A stretch of DNA of 64,000 nucleotides from the NCBI GenBank assembly GCA_028705495.1, contig JAQWDK010000008.1, positions 1,034 to 65,033 on the forward strand, given 5' to 3'. The notes under the pieces are model-generated. The model saw only the letters and a list, made by a program, of their open reading frames with translations, did no database searches and was not told the origin of the DNA. The stretch is from Eubacteriales bacterium (GTDB lineage Bacteria > Bacillota > Clostridia > Oscillospirales > CAG-382). A program made the position numbers and the translations under genes. Of the stretch, positions 25,583 through 35,041 are shown piece after piece; positions within the stretch are counted from its first letter, which is position 1, and each line of letters opens with the position of its first letter.

Positions 25583-26611
25583 ATGATGAAAAATCCTAAC
25601 GAGCTTAAAAAGCATATTTCGTTTCGTCTCAATGAGTGCGATTCTTTAAAGAATTATCTTGAGGAGATGGCTTTAAAAGGATGGAAGCTAAAGAGTGTTA
25701 AGAATGGCTTTCGTTTTGAGAAGATAACCCCTCAAGAGTTACATTATTCGGTAGAGATTTTAGCAAAAAGGTCTTTCTATGATACCACTCCTACTAAAGA
25801 AGAAAATGACTATATTGGTTCTTATAAAAACGCGGGATGAGAATATGTTTCTACCTACGAGCAAATGATTATTTTCGTATCAGAAACAGAGAAAACATTA
25901 CCTATTGAAACTGATCAAAAATTAAAATTTAAAATTATTAGGAATAGCATATTAAAGCAAAACATATTACAGTGGTTCGTTTTTCTACCTATATCAATTT
26001 TTATGTTAAGTCTTGAAAAATTTGAGTCAATTGTAAACGATGATTTAGGCATAATCAATTTCATGTGTCTCATTATTTTAATAATGGTTTATATTATTCA
26101 AATTGTTAATTTTATTTTTTGGTTAATCAAGAAAGTTTTAAAACTTAAGACAAATGAATCATTAAGATATACCTCGAAAAAAAGAGCTATAGAAATTAGG
26201 TTATTACTAACAAATATAATTTTGTTTATTATTATGTCTGCTTTAATAATTAGCTTTATTTTATCGTATGGTCACGCTGACGGTATAGAAGGTGCAAGAT
26301 ATTCGTCCAAATCTTTTTTAGCAAGTTCAGCATCATACGATTATCTTTCCGAAAATGGTTCAGAAGTTGATGTTCATGTATTTAAGAGCGATTATGATTT
26401 TATTATAGATCAATACATATACTCAAAAACACATAGCTTTTTTCAGGAAGATTATGAGACAGTAAACCTACCGGGGTGGAACTCAAAATCCTCCTTTTTG
26501 GCAGGGTTCTATTATTACATTGAGTTTGAAAACTTTGTTATTTCATTGTCTGATAATGCTTCTCTAACACCGAACGACATCGAACAGATAAAGTCCTTAG
26601 TTACAAAGTAG
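25583..26611 (+). pseudogene. DUF2812-family membrane protein interrupted by an in-frame TGA (25838-25840)
   Basis: ORFs 25583-25840 and 25865-26611 are in the same frame. Read-through gives ...YIGSYKNAG*EYVSTYEQMIIF, where the family normally has AGWEYV, so TGG has become TGA. Confidence 0.6.
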
Positions 26612-26817
26612 AATGATTGCATTAATTATGTATAAAATACAGTAAAATCTAATATTATGCCTTTTCAAATAGAAAAGACTATGCTATAATATTCGTGCAT
26701 TTACAAAAACCAAATCAATACCAACCAATATGCACGACCCATCAAAATCTTCGATTTTGTGAAGGTTAGTTTTGTAATATTGATTCTATACAACAAATAA
26801 ATCACCGAGGTGTAATT

Positions 26818-28005
26818 ATGCGGTTAAGTCAAAATAGGGTCGTTGTTCTTATATCAGGTATGCTTATACAGCTTTGTGCTGGGATTATCTATATGTGGAG
26901 TGTGTTCAGAAACCCGGTTGCAGAGCATTTGAACTGGGATCTGTCAGCGGCAACACTTACCTCTTCCGTTATGCTTGCAGCGTTTGTAATCGGTATTGTC
27001 GGCGGTGGAAGAGCGCAGGATAAAATCGGACCACGCAAAGTTGTTGTTATCGGCAGCATAATGATAAGTGTCGGCATGCTCCTTACAGCAGCTGTCAACT
27101 CGTCCGCACCTTGGCTCATCTATGTTACATATGGGATAATCGGCGGTCTTGGTGTTGGTTTTGTCTACACCACCACAGTTTCAGTAATACAAAAATGGTT
27201 TCCAGACAAGCGCGGTTTTGCTACGGGAATGATGGTCAGTTCATTTGGTTTTTCACTTGTAATATTTGCACCTGTAACCTCGTCACTCCTTGAAAAAGTC
27301 GGTGTGCCGATGACATTTGTAATCATCGGACTGCTGTTCCTTGTAGTTTGCGTGATTTGTTCCCTTTTTATCAGCAATCCACCTGAAGTTACGAAGGCTG
27401 CTTCGACCGCATCAGCACCAGCGGGCAAGCACTACAAAACAAGCGAGATGCTTAAAACAAAGCAATTCTACCTTATAGCTTTGTCTATGTTCTTCGTTCT
27501 GCCGGCTTATTTTATCTTGAACCCGCTGTTTAAAACACTCGGTGTCGAAAGAGGGTTAACCGAAGGAATGGCAACACTCCTCGTTATGATTACAGGGATC
27601 GCCAGCGCATCCGGTAGGCTTGTATTCTCTTGGATTTCCGATATTATCGGACGCAAAGCGGCAATCATAGCTCTTATAGTCGTCACCTTAGCTTCCGTTC
27701 TCCTTCTCATTCCTGCGAAGGGCATTTTCTTCCTTGTTTGCGTAGGTGCAATCGCATTTGCTTTCGGCGGTTCAGCCGGTGTTTATCCAAGCCTGACAGC
27801 GGACAATTTTGGTACAAAATACGGCGGGCTGAATTACGGCTGCGTTATGGTTGGTTTTGGTATATCTGCACTTCTCTTCCCTGTCATTTCAAATGCAATA
27901 ACAAAAGACGGCGATTACACTGCGACATTCATTCTTTCAGCAGTCTGCTGTATTATATCCCTTGTACTTATGCTGATGATAAAACCTGTGAACGAAAAAA
28001 AGTAA
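26818..28005 (+). CDS. MFS transporter (oxalate/formate antiporter-like, OFA family)
   Basis: 395 aa with 12 TM segments. IYMWSVF..., DKIGPRKV and WFPDKRGFATGM are typical of OFA-type MFS transporters. Confidence 0.75.
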   Translation: MRLSQNRVVVLISGMLIQLCAGIIYMWSVFRNPVAEHLNWDLSAATLTSSVMLAAFVIGIVGGGRAQDKIGPRKVVVIGSIMISVGMLLTAAVNSSAPWLIYVTYGIIGGLGVGFVYTTTVSVIQKWFPDKRGFATGMMVSSFGFSLVIFAPVTSSLLEKVGVPMTFVIIGLLFLVVCVICSLFISNPPEVTKAASTASAPAGKHYKTSEMLKTKQFYLIALSMFFVLPAYFILNPLFKTLGVERGLTEGMATLLVMITGIASASGRLVFSWISDIIGRKAAIIALIVVTLASVLLLIPAKGIFFLVCVGAIAFAFGGSAGVYPSLTADNFGTKYGGLNYGCVMVGFGISALLFPVISNAITKDGDYTATFILSAVCCIISLVLMLMIKPVNEKK

Positions 28006-28063
28006 ACTAAAATTAAAAATCCTTCTCTGAGATTTAGTCACAGAGAGGGATTTTTCTTTACCA

Positions 28064-28264
28064 TTAATCTTCTTCATCCTCATCATCGTCATAATTAAAG
28101 TAGTCGTCATCATCATCTTCATAGTCTTCGTCGTCATTGTTTTTTACGTTGTCATCGTCATCATCTTCTTCGCCGCTGAGTTTGTAAACAAAGAAATCCT
28201 TCAGTATATCATCGAAAGATGAGTCGCTATTTCCACGTCTTTTATTGCCGGGTCCTGAAAACAT
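28064..28264 (-). CDS. hypothetical hyper-acidic small protein
   Basis: 66 aa. MFSGPGNKRRGNSDSSFDDILKDFFVYKLSGEEDDDDDNVKNNDDEDYEDDDDDYFNYDDDEDEED. Strong AAGGAG RBS 7 nt upstream. Convergent terminator shared with the MFS gene. Confidence 0.55.
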   Translation of the reverse strand: MFSGPGNKRRGNSDSSFDDILKDFFVYKLSGEEDDDDDNVKNNDDEDYEDDDDDYFNYDDDEDEED

Positions 28265-28344
28265 AATAACACTCCTTTTTTATTTTTAATTGGATTAATA
28301 AGGGGAAAGGTATTGACATACTTTTATTTAGATGGTAGTTTATA

Positions 28345-28553
28345 TCATAGACGCGCATTTACCTTGTTAAAAATTCTTGCGTCAGTTGGCGCGTCCTATC
28401 AAAAGCTCCGCTTTTGTGAATGTTATCTTAAACACATTATTTCATAGACGCGCATTTACCTTGTTAAAAATTCTTGCGTCAGTTGGCGCGTCCTATCAAA
28501 AGCTCCGCTTTTGTGAATGTTATCTTAAAGACATTATATCATAGACGCGCATT
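28345..28553. repeat. 97-bp tandem direct repeat: two full units plus the first 15 bp of a third
   Basis: Units start at 28345, 28442 and 28539. The two full units differ at 2 positions. Each unit holds hairpins GACGCGC..GCGCGTC and CAAAAGC-TCC-GCTTTTG. Confidence 0.9.
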
Positions 28554-28690
28554 GAGTTCTATTACAGATAATATAACATATTCAATTTATGGTTTCAATG
28601 CCTAAAAAGGGACAGTAAATATTTTTCTAATTATACTTAGCGGATTTTAAGAATCAAGCTATGTTAACGAGTGGATGGCAGGAGTAGGAA

Positions 28691-29497
28691 ATGAGTAGCA
28701 ACCAAGATAACATATATACACAATACAGCTCAGGTAGAGAAGACGCACGGTCTGGCGTAAATCGCAGCTCGAGTCTTGAATTTTATTACACCAAAAAACA
28801 TTTACACGAATACATAAAAAAAGATAGTAGGGTATTAGAAATCGGCTGTGCAACTGGTCACTACGCGTTTTATTTTGCCGATAAATGTCTTGAATACGTA
28901 GGAGTTGACCTCTTTCCACCTCACATTGACTTCTTTAATCAAAAAATTATAGAAAGCGGTTTGAAAAATGTTTCTTGTCAACTCGGTGATGCGATTAACC
29001 TTGTGAATATCGCTGACGAAAGTTTTGATGTAGTTCTGTGTCTTGGACCGATGTATCATCTACCGCCAAACGAACGCGAGCTTTGTATAAAAGAATGTAA
29101 AAGGGTATGTAAAACCGATGGCATTATAGCTTTTGCCTATATTAATAAAATCGGTGTTTATGTCGGAGCTTGTGTTTATGATGACGAGTATTACCGAAAA
29201 ACTTATCCCAATGAAAAAGCGAACGAATATATACTTAAACAAGGAACGGACGACTTAAAACCGAACACGTTTTTTCTAACAACACCGGAAGACGTTAATT
29301 CTGCCGTTGAAAAACATGGTTTAATTAAAATTAAGAACCTTGGCACTGATTTCTTTATAACCATGAGTATTGTAAACAATATGACCAAAGAACAGTTTGA
29401 GGTTATGCGCCCAATATATGACCAGATGACATCACATGAATCATGCACTGGGATGAGCAATCATGCTTTGCTTGTTTGTAAAAAGAAAGGTAATTAA
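28691..29497 (+). CDS. class I SAM-dependent methyltransferase
   Basis: 268 aa. VLEIGCATGHY (motif I) and DVVLCLGPMYHL. Confidence 0.8.
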   Translation: MSSNQDNIYTQYSSGREDARSGVNRSSSLEFYYTKKHLHEYIKKDSRVLEIGCATGHYAFYFADKCLEYVGVDLFPPHIDFFNQKIIESGLKNVSCQLGDAINLVNIADESFDVVLCLGPMYHLPPNERELCIKECKRVCKTDGIIAFAYINKIGVYVGACVYDDEYYRKTYPNEKANEYILKQGTDDLKPNTFFLTTPEDVNSAVEKHGLIKIKNLGTDFFITMSIVNNMTKEQFEVMRPIYDQMTSHESCTGMSNHALLVCKKKGN

Positions 29498-29498
29498 A

Positions 29499-31229
29499 AT
29501 GAATAACGAAAAAAATCTCCCCCGAAGCGAGTATCCAAGACCGCAGATTGTACGAAAAGACTGGATTTGCCTTAATGGTGAATGGGACTTTGAAATAGAT
29601 AATGCTAAGAACGGAATCGGTAAGGGTTTTTGGAACAGAAAAGAGTTAAACTCAAAAATAACTGTGCCTTTCTGCCCTGAAAGTGTGCTTTCGGGTATCG
29701 GTAACACAGATTTTATGGACTGCGTTTGGTATAGAAAGAATCTTACTGTCCCTGCTGATTGGAAAAGTGTCGACGATAGGGTTATTTTACATATTGGAGC
29801 GGCGGATTATCACGCTACCGTTTATGTAAATGGAGCATATATAGGCGAGCACAAGGGCGGTTACACTCCGTTTTCTTTTGAAATAACCGATCACCTTCTT
29901 TTCAGCGAAAGCGATTTTGTGTCAGTCTGCGTAAACGATGATGTCCGCAGCGGCAATCAACCCTGTGGCAAGCAGTCAACACAGCAAAATTCATTCGGTT
30001 GTTTATATACGAGGACAACTGGAATATGGCAGACTGTATGGCTGGAAAAAGTCAACAAGAAACATATAAAGAATATCAAGACAACCACCGATCCGGAAAA
30101 CTGCTCCGTTCTATTTAATGTTATTATGTCGGAAAACACAGCAGGTTCTTTGGTGAAAGCTACTGTATTATATGAAGGTCGTATTGTTGGCGAAGAATCT
30201 GCGGCTGTTTCTTCCTTCTCGGCTGATATTTATATAAAACTCTCCGAAAAGCATCTTTGGGAAGTCGGCAACGGACGGCTTTACGATGTTGTGTTTGAAG
30301 TAGTCTCTGACGGTAGGACAACTGATTATGTTCAAAGCTATTTCGGGCTTAGAAGCGTTGCACTTAAGGACGGAAAATTCCTTCTCAACGGCAAAAGTGT
30401 ATTCGGAAGATGGGTGCTTGACCAGGGCTTTTATCCTGACGGTATTTACACCGCTCCAACAGATGAGGCTCTGAAAAATGATATACTCAACTCACAGCTA
30501 TTGGGCTTTAACGGTGCAAGGCTGCATGAGAAAATATTTGAACCGCGCTTTCTTTACTGGGCTGACAAGCTCGGTTATATGGTATGGGGAGAGCATGGCA
30601 ACTGGGGACTTGATGTAACTGAGTTTGCTCAAATTCAGCATTTCCTTCCGGAATGGCTTGAATCAATTGAACGTGACTTTAGTCACCCATCCATCATTGG
30701 TTGGTGTCCCCTTAATGAAACCTGGGACAACAACAACAGAAGGCAAAACGATCTGCTTATCAAGACTGTGTACAGAATCACAAAACAGCTCGATCAAACA
30801 AGACCTGTCATTGACACATCGGGAAACTTCCATGTAGAAACAGATATATTCGATATACATGACTACAACCAAGATAAACAACAGTTTGCATCGCATTACG
30901 ACGGAAAGCTTTTCTTTAACTTTGAAGATAGACAAAGATACAACGGCGAGCCTTATTTTGTGAGTGAGTACGGCGGTATCAAATGGGTGACAGACAACAC
31001 TGAAGGATGGGGTTACGGCGACAGCCCAAAAACCGAAGAGGAATTTATAGACCGCTACCGCGCCTTGACTGAAGCGCTTCTAAACAATGACAAAGTCCTC
31101 GGTTTCTGCTACACACAGCTTTACGATGTGGAACAGGAACTTAATGGACTTATGACATACAATAGGCGTTTTAAATTTCCCCCTGAGATATTCAGAGAAA
31201 TTAACAGCAAAAAAGCGGCAATAGAATAA
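29499..31229 (+). CDS. glycoside hydrolase family 2 protein
   Basis: RSEYPRPQ..., VYVNGAYIGEHKGGYTPFSFEIT, GFNGARLHEK and the WCPLNE pattern are typical of GH2. Start moved to MNNEKNL after an AAAGG RBS. Confidence 0.8.
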   Translation: MNNEKNLPRSEYPRPQIVRKDWICLNGEWDFEIDNAKNGIGKGFWNRKELNSKITVPFCPESVLSGIGNTDFMDCVWYRKNLTVPADWKSVDDRVILHIGAADYHATVYVNGAYIGEHKGGYTPFSFEITDHLLFSESDFVSVCVNDDVRSGNQPCGKQSTQQNSFGCLYTRTTGIWQTVWLEKVNKKHIKNIKTTTDPENCSVLFNVIMSENTAGSLVKATVLYEGRIVGEESAAVSSFSADIYIKLSEKHLWEVGNGRLYDVVFEVVSDGRTTDYVQSYFGLRSVALKDGKFLLNGKSVFGRWVLDQGFYPDGIYTAPTDEALKNDILNSQLLGFNGARLHEKIFEPRFLYWADKLGYMVWGEHGNWGLDVTEFAQIQHFLPEWLESIERDFSHPSIIGWCPLNETWDNNNRRQNDLLIKTVYRITKQLDQTRPVIDTSGNFHVETDIFDIHDYNQDKQQFASHYDGKLFFNFEDRQRYNGEPYFVSEYGGIKWVTDNTEGWGYGDSPKTEEEFIDRYRALTEALLNNDKVLGFCYTQLYDVEQELNGLMTYNRRFKFPPEIFREINSKKAAIE

Positions 31230-31475
31230 TTAACCAAATTCAACAAAACTGTGTAATTTCCGACACGGGTATACAATTTAACACTTGCATTTTTATCTCT
31301 ATAATTGTATAATAAAAGATGCATAGTGTGTAATTGTTTTTTATATTATAATATCAGCTACCACTCCAAGAGTTAAACCGTAACCGCATACAGTGATTTT
31401 CAGTTGATGTTACACTTATTAAGGGGAAAGGACCGAAAACGGTGCAAGCTTACCGCTTTTTCGGGTGTTCTACTT

Positions 31476-32354
31476 GTGATAAAAAGAAAACGCAGATTTG
31501 GGGATCGAAACGACGGGCACAAGGTGCGAACTCTTGCTCCGATGTTTAAAGTGTCGCCTTACATAATGAAAAAAAGAAGCGATGCGAGTAACTTTATCGA
31601 TGACACTATCGACATAGAAGTGGCCGAAAAGTATATCGCAGAGAAACGCAAAGAAGGACTTAAGGGGCTCGGTATGCTCCATCTCTTTGTCGCTTCCTAT
31701 GTTCGCACGATATCACAAAGACCCGGCATAAACAGATTTATCAACGGTCAGAAAATTTATTCGCGAAACTGTATCGAAGTAAATTTGGCAATAAAAAAAG
31801 ATATGAAGCTCAACTCAATGGATACCGTTATAAAGATTGAGTTTGAGCCTGATGCAACCATCGCTGATGTATACGAAAAGTTCAATCAGGTTATCGAAGA
31901 AAACCGCGCAGAAGGAGATGTTTCAAGCTTTGACAGTGCCGCACGTGTTATAGACTTTATACCGGGGCTTGTAAAGAAATTTACTGTCTGGCTTTTGAAT
32001 TTGCTCGATTATTTCGGACTGCTTCCAAGGTTTCTTACAAAGCTTAGCCCATTCCACGGTTCTTTTTTCATAACATCCATGGGTTCACTCGGTATTCCCC
32101 CAATCTATCACCATATATATGATTTCGGTAATGTTCCGGTGTTCTGTTCCTATGGCGCAAAAAGAACGGTCTTTGAGCTGACAAGGGAAGGAAATGTGGT
32201 TGAAAAGAAATACATCGATTACAAATTCGTAACCGATGAAAGAATTTGCGATGGTCACTATTTTGCCTCTGCACTCAAGCTGTTTAAATCAATCCTAAAA
32301 AATCCATATTGTCTCAGTAGCCCACCGGAGGAAGTTATACCGGATATCGATTGA
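31476..32354 (+). CDS. 2-oxoacid dehydrogenase acyltransferase catalytic-domain-like protein
   Basis: KRKRRFGDRNDGHKVR..., SPFHGSFFITSMGSLGIPPIYHHIYDFG and DERICDGHYFA. The GTG start at 31476 is inferred from where family-like sequence begins and is uncertain. Confidence 0.6.
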   Translation: MIKRKRRFGDRNDGHKVRTLAPMFKVSPYIMKKRSDASNFIDDTIDIEVAEKYIAEKRKEGLKGLGMLHLFVASYVRTISQRPGINRFINGQKIYSRNCIEVNLAIKKDMKLNSMDTVIKIEFEPDATIADVYEKFNQVIEENRAEGDVSSFDSAARVIDFIPGLVKKFTVWLLNLLDYFGLLPRFLTKLSPFHGSFFITSMGSLGIPPIYHHIYDFGNVPVFCSYGAKRTVFELTREGNVVEKKYIDYKFVTDERICDGHYFASALKLFKSILKNPYCLSSPPEEVIPDID

Positions 32355-32417
32355 ACTCTTGATTTTATAAAAAAAGGAGCAGTCGGCAGATTCAGGATTT
32401 TATTGCCGTATTAAGCG

Positions 32418-33089
32418 ATGAAAAAATATTACTTTATTTTCTTGTCTCTCCTAATTACATTCGTGTTTCCGTTTATCGGGGTCACGGCAGCTGAAATTAA
32501 CCGGCCTGATAAACCGACATTCTATGATGATTTCACTGACGAAACAAAGAGTGTGGCAAAGTCGGAGAATGTAATTTATGAATCAGTTGACCCTCAATTT
32601 GATACTGCCTACATAACAAGAAGCGATACTAAATCGGGATACATTATTTGGAAACTCGACGACCTGCTTTACACAAATCTCAGCGTTGTCATCTATAATG
32701 GGCTTGACATCGATATACTTGACGCTGTCAGTCTTGAAGCAAGCTTCGACGGTGAAAACTGGAGCGAACTTGAAATAGAAGCGTCTTCTGAAGGCGGCTC
32801 TGAATGGATTAGCTACAGAATTACAGCCTATGTAAAAGAGCCTGTAAAATATGTTAAAGTTAATCTGTTTGACACCGGAAACGCAGCTTGGTCGGTAAAA
32901 ATCGGTAATCTTGCACTTTATAACAAAGCTGATGCCCCATCGATTCCAGACACATCTGGAACACCAAACACAGGTGAGTCTTCTAATGAATTTTTTATGT
33001 TAACAATATCTCTTTTAGTGGCGAGTTTTACTGCATTAGCTAAACGCTCATATAAACATAGAATTAAATATAAAACTTTGTCTATATAA
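32418..33089 (+). CDS. secreted cell-surface protein with discoidin/CBM-like domain and sortase-type C-terminal sorting signal (TPNTG)
   Basis: Signal peptide, then a beta-sandwich-like region. The C-terminus reads TPNTGESS, a hydrophobic stretch, then KRSYKHRIKYK. Confidence 0.55.
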   Translation: MKKYYFIFLSLLITFVFPFIGVTAAEINRPDKPTFYDDFTDETKSVAKSENVIYESVDPQFDTAYITRSDTKSGYIIWKLDDLLYTNLSVVIYNGLDIDILDAVSLEASFDGENWSELEIEASSEGGSEWISYRITAYVKEPVKYVKVNLFDTGNAAWSVKIGNLALYNKADAPSIPDTSGTPNTGESSNEFFMLTISLLVASFTALAKRSYKHRIKYKTLSI

Positions 33090-33178
33090 TGGCTTGACAA
33101 AAGTCGGTAAATTTAATAGAATAGATATGACAGCTATGTAGCTCTTAAGGGCTAAACATTTTAGTCAGAAAGGTTTTT

Positions 33179-34069
33179 ATGAAGAAAACAATTTTGTTGT
33201 CTGCCTTAGCAATTATACTTACCTTTTCCCTTATCCTAACCGGATGCCAGACCAATCCTTCTACCAGCGATTCTACTTCCGCTACTGTAAGCGAAAACTC
33301 TGCTGAAGTCTCTAACGAAGTTTCGGATGATACTTCAATCGAAGAATCAGAACCCGCTGTCGTTGAATTCGATTATGACGTCTATGAAACTGCTTTTAAC
33401 AAGACAGTTGCTCTCACATCATTTTATTATACAATGCACATAGATATGTCGCTTGTGATGACCGGATTAACGATGGACCTTACTTTAGACAGCGATGTTA
33501 AAGCTGAAATCGACGGCGAAAATGAAAAAGGTTCTTCTGTTGTTACCATCGGTATGTTAGGAACAAACAACGAAACAAAAACATACTACGAAGACGGTTT
33601 TGCTTATATGGAAACCATAGGTATGAAATACAAAATGCCCAGCACATTCGCTGATTCCATAGGCGTGAGTTCAAGCCTTTTAGACACAGAAGCAATCAAG
33701 GACAGCAAGGTTGAAGTTGTTGACGGAATAACCCAATATGTTCTTGTAGTTGACGGTGAAGCTTTCGCAAACTCAGACTCATCAAATATGCTTTCTGAAA
33801 TGATTGATTCCGCTGCAACGGGAGCAACTATTGACGAAGTTATAATCGATGATGTTGAATACATAGTTGTACTTAACGACGGATACCTTTCTACAGAAAC
33901 CGTATCTGGAAAGATAACAATGAACGGCATAGCTGCTGACGGCGAAACTCCTATGAATATGGAAATCGAATTTACAGTAAGCAATGTACTGAACAATCCA
34001 GGCGAAGAAGTTACCATCGAAACACCTGCTGATCTCGATGAATACACCCTCATAGAAATAGAAGAATAG
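33179..34069 (+). CDS. lipoprotein, function unknown
   Basis: Lipobox LILTGC. Ser/Thr/Glu-rich linker followed by a globular domain. Confidence 0.6.
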   Translation: MKKTILLSALAIILTFSLILTGCQTNPSTSDSTSATVSENSAEVSNEVSDDTSIEESEPAVVEFDYDVYETAFNKTVALTSFYYTMHIDMSLVMTGLTMDLTLDSDVKAEIDGENEKGSSVVTIGMLGTNNETKTYYEDGFAYMETIGMKYKMPSTFADSIGVSSSLLDTEAIKDSKVEVVDGITQYVLVVDGEAFANSDSSNMLSEMIDSAATGATIDEVIIDDVEYIVVLNDGYLSTETVSGKITMNGIAADGETPMNMEIEFTVSNVLNNPGEEVTIETPADLDEYTLIEIEE

Positions 34070-34091
34070 TTAGTTTTTCTAATAAATAATT

Positions 34092-34118
34092 AGGCACGGT
34101 ACAAACTGTACCGTGCCT
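34092..34118. terminator. bidirectional terminator between convergent lipoprotein genes
   Basis: AGGCACGGTAC-aaact-GTACCGTGCCT. Confidence 0.7.
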
Positions 34119-34125
34119 GATTTAT

Positions 34126-34902
34126 TTATTCAACAGCTGTCAATGTTGTACTCTCAGCGATCGTTTCGAGTTCTTCCTGAGTTAAAACATCTTTATCGAT
34201 ATCAAAATATATATAATCTTTCAACCCAATATCGTATGCAATTATAATTTTGCTTTCAATCGTTGTTCCCTCTTCGATAGGCTCAAAGTCAGTTTTTGAA
34301 GAATCTGCAATTCCGATGCCTGTATTTTTTGTGAACATTATCGACTGATAATTATCATACATTGTATGCCCTGCTCTTAGCATGTTACAAACCGCTTCGT
34401 GCATTATGTCACTCGTTTTGTTTCCTTCAGGAAAATCGTTTTTAACCCAGGACTCGATGGCGCTATTATTTATATATCCAACTTCTACATCGTCAGAATA
34501 AAAAGCTAATGTATTTTGTGGTGCATCTCCAAATTCCGTTGTGCTATCATTCTTAACCTCTAAAACCCAAGTCTCTGGTAAGACAACTTCAACGTTCAGA
34601 TATTGAAAGGTTATTATATAGCTTTTGAAACCTTCTGGTGCTGTTTTATCAGTTTTAGTAAATTTGGGAGCTTTAACAACCTCGCTAGTTTGGTCTGAAG
34701 ACTCTAAAACGCTTTCGGTTTCAGAAATAGTACTGCTTCCATCACTACTTTCAATTTTACTAAATGGCGTTCCCATCCCTGTACTTGAGGTATTCAACGG
34801 TTCTTTGCAGGCGCTGACGGTCATGGTGACTAAAATTATTGTTGTGAAAAAACACAGCACTTTTTTAGCTTTTGATAATCTCATTAATAACTGCTTCCTC
34901 AT
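34126..34902 (-). CDS. lipoprotein, function unknown
   Basis: Lipobox MTVSAC, followed by a Ser-rich linker. Confidence 0.6.
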   Translation of the reverse strand: MRKQLLMRLSKAKKVLCFFTTIILVTMTVSACKEPLNTSSTGMGTPFSKIESSDGSSTISETESVLESSDQTSEVVKAPKFTKTDKTAPEGFKSYIITFQYLNVEVVLPETWVLEVKNDSTTEFGDAPQNTLAFYSDDVEVGYINNSAIESWVKNDFPEGNKTSDIMHEAVCNMLRAGHTMYDNYQSIMFTKNTGIGIADSSKTDFEPIEEGTTIESKIIIAYDIGLKDYIYFDIDKDVLTQEELETIAESTTLTAVE

Positions 34903-35041
34903 TTAAATGGTGATATATAATTTTTATTCCTCTTTCTTGAGTATACAATAATAAAACAGAATGTCTATATATATTTGTAACTATTATAATTAACAATTTT
35001 AAAAAATGAACCCCCGAATCGTTCGGGGGTTCTTGCGTTAA

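Noticed and set aside
25838-25840. TGA reassigned to Trp (genetic code 4) or selenocysteine
   Set aside because: Many well-supported genes here stop at TGA, including coupled ATGA overlaps. No SECIS-like hairpin is evident after the codon. A nonsense mutation is simpler.
27937-28137. 66-aa ORF rich in Met/Thr/Lys, antisense to the acidic gene
   Set aside because: It is a mirror-image low-complexity translation of the Asp/Glu codon run. It has no RBS, and the opposite strand carries the strong RBS.
28345-28553. Possible CRISPR array
   Set aside because: The repeats are 97 bp long and directly abutting, with no unique spacers. There are only two full units plus 15 bp, and no cas genes anywhere in the window.
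31404-31475. Longer N-terminus (track start at 31404) for the acyltransferase-like protein
   Set aside because: Family-like sequence begins at KRKRRFGDRNDG and the upstream 24 codons look non-native, so I preferred the GTG at 31476. No strong RBS supports either choice.
33604-34053. 149-aa Ser-rich ORF antisense to the lipoprotein gene
   Set aside because: It is the complement of an acidic/Thr-rich coding region. The plus-strand gene has a signal peptide, a lipobox and an RBS.
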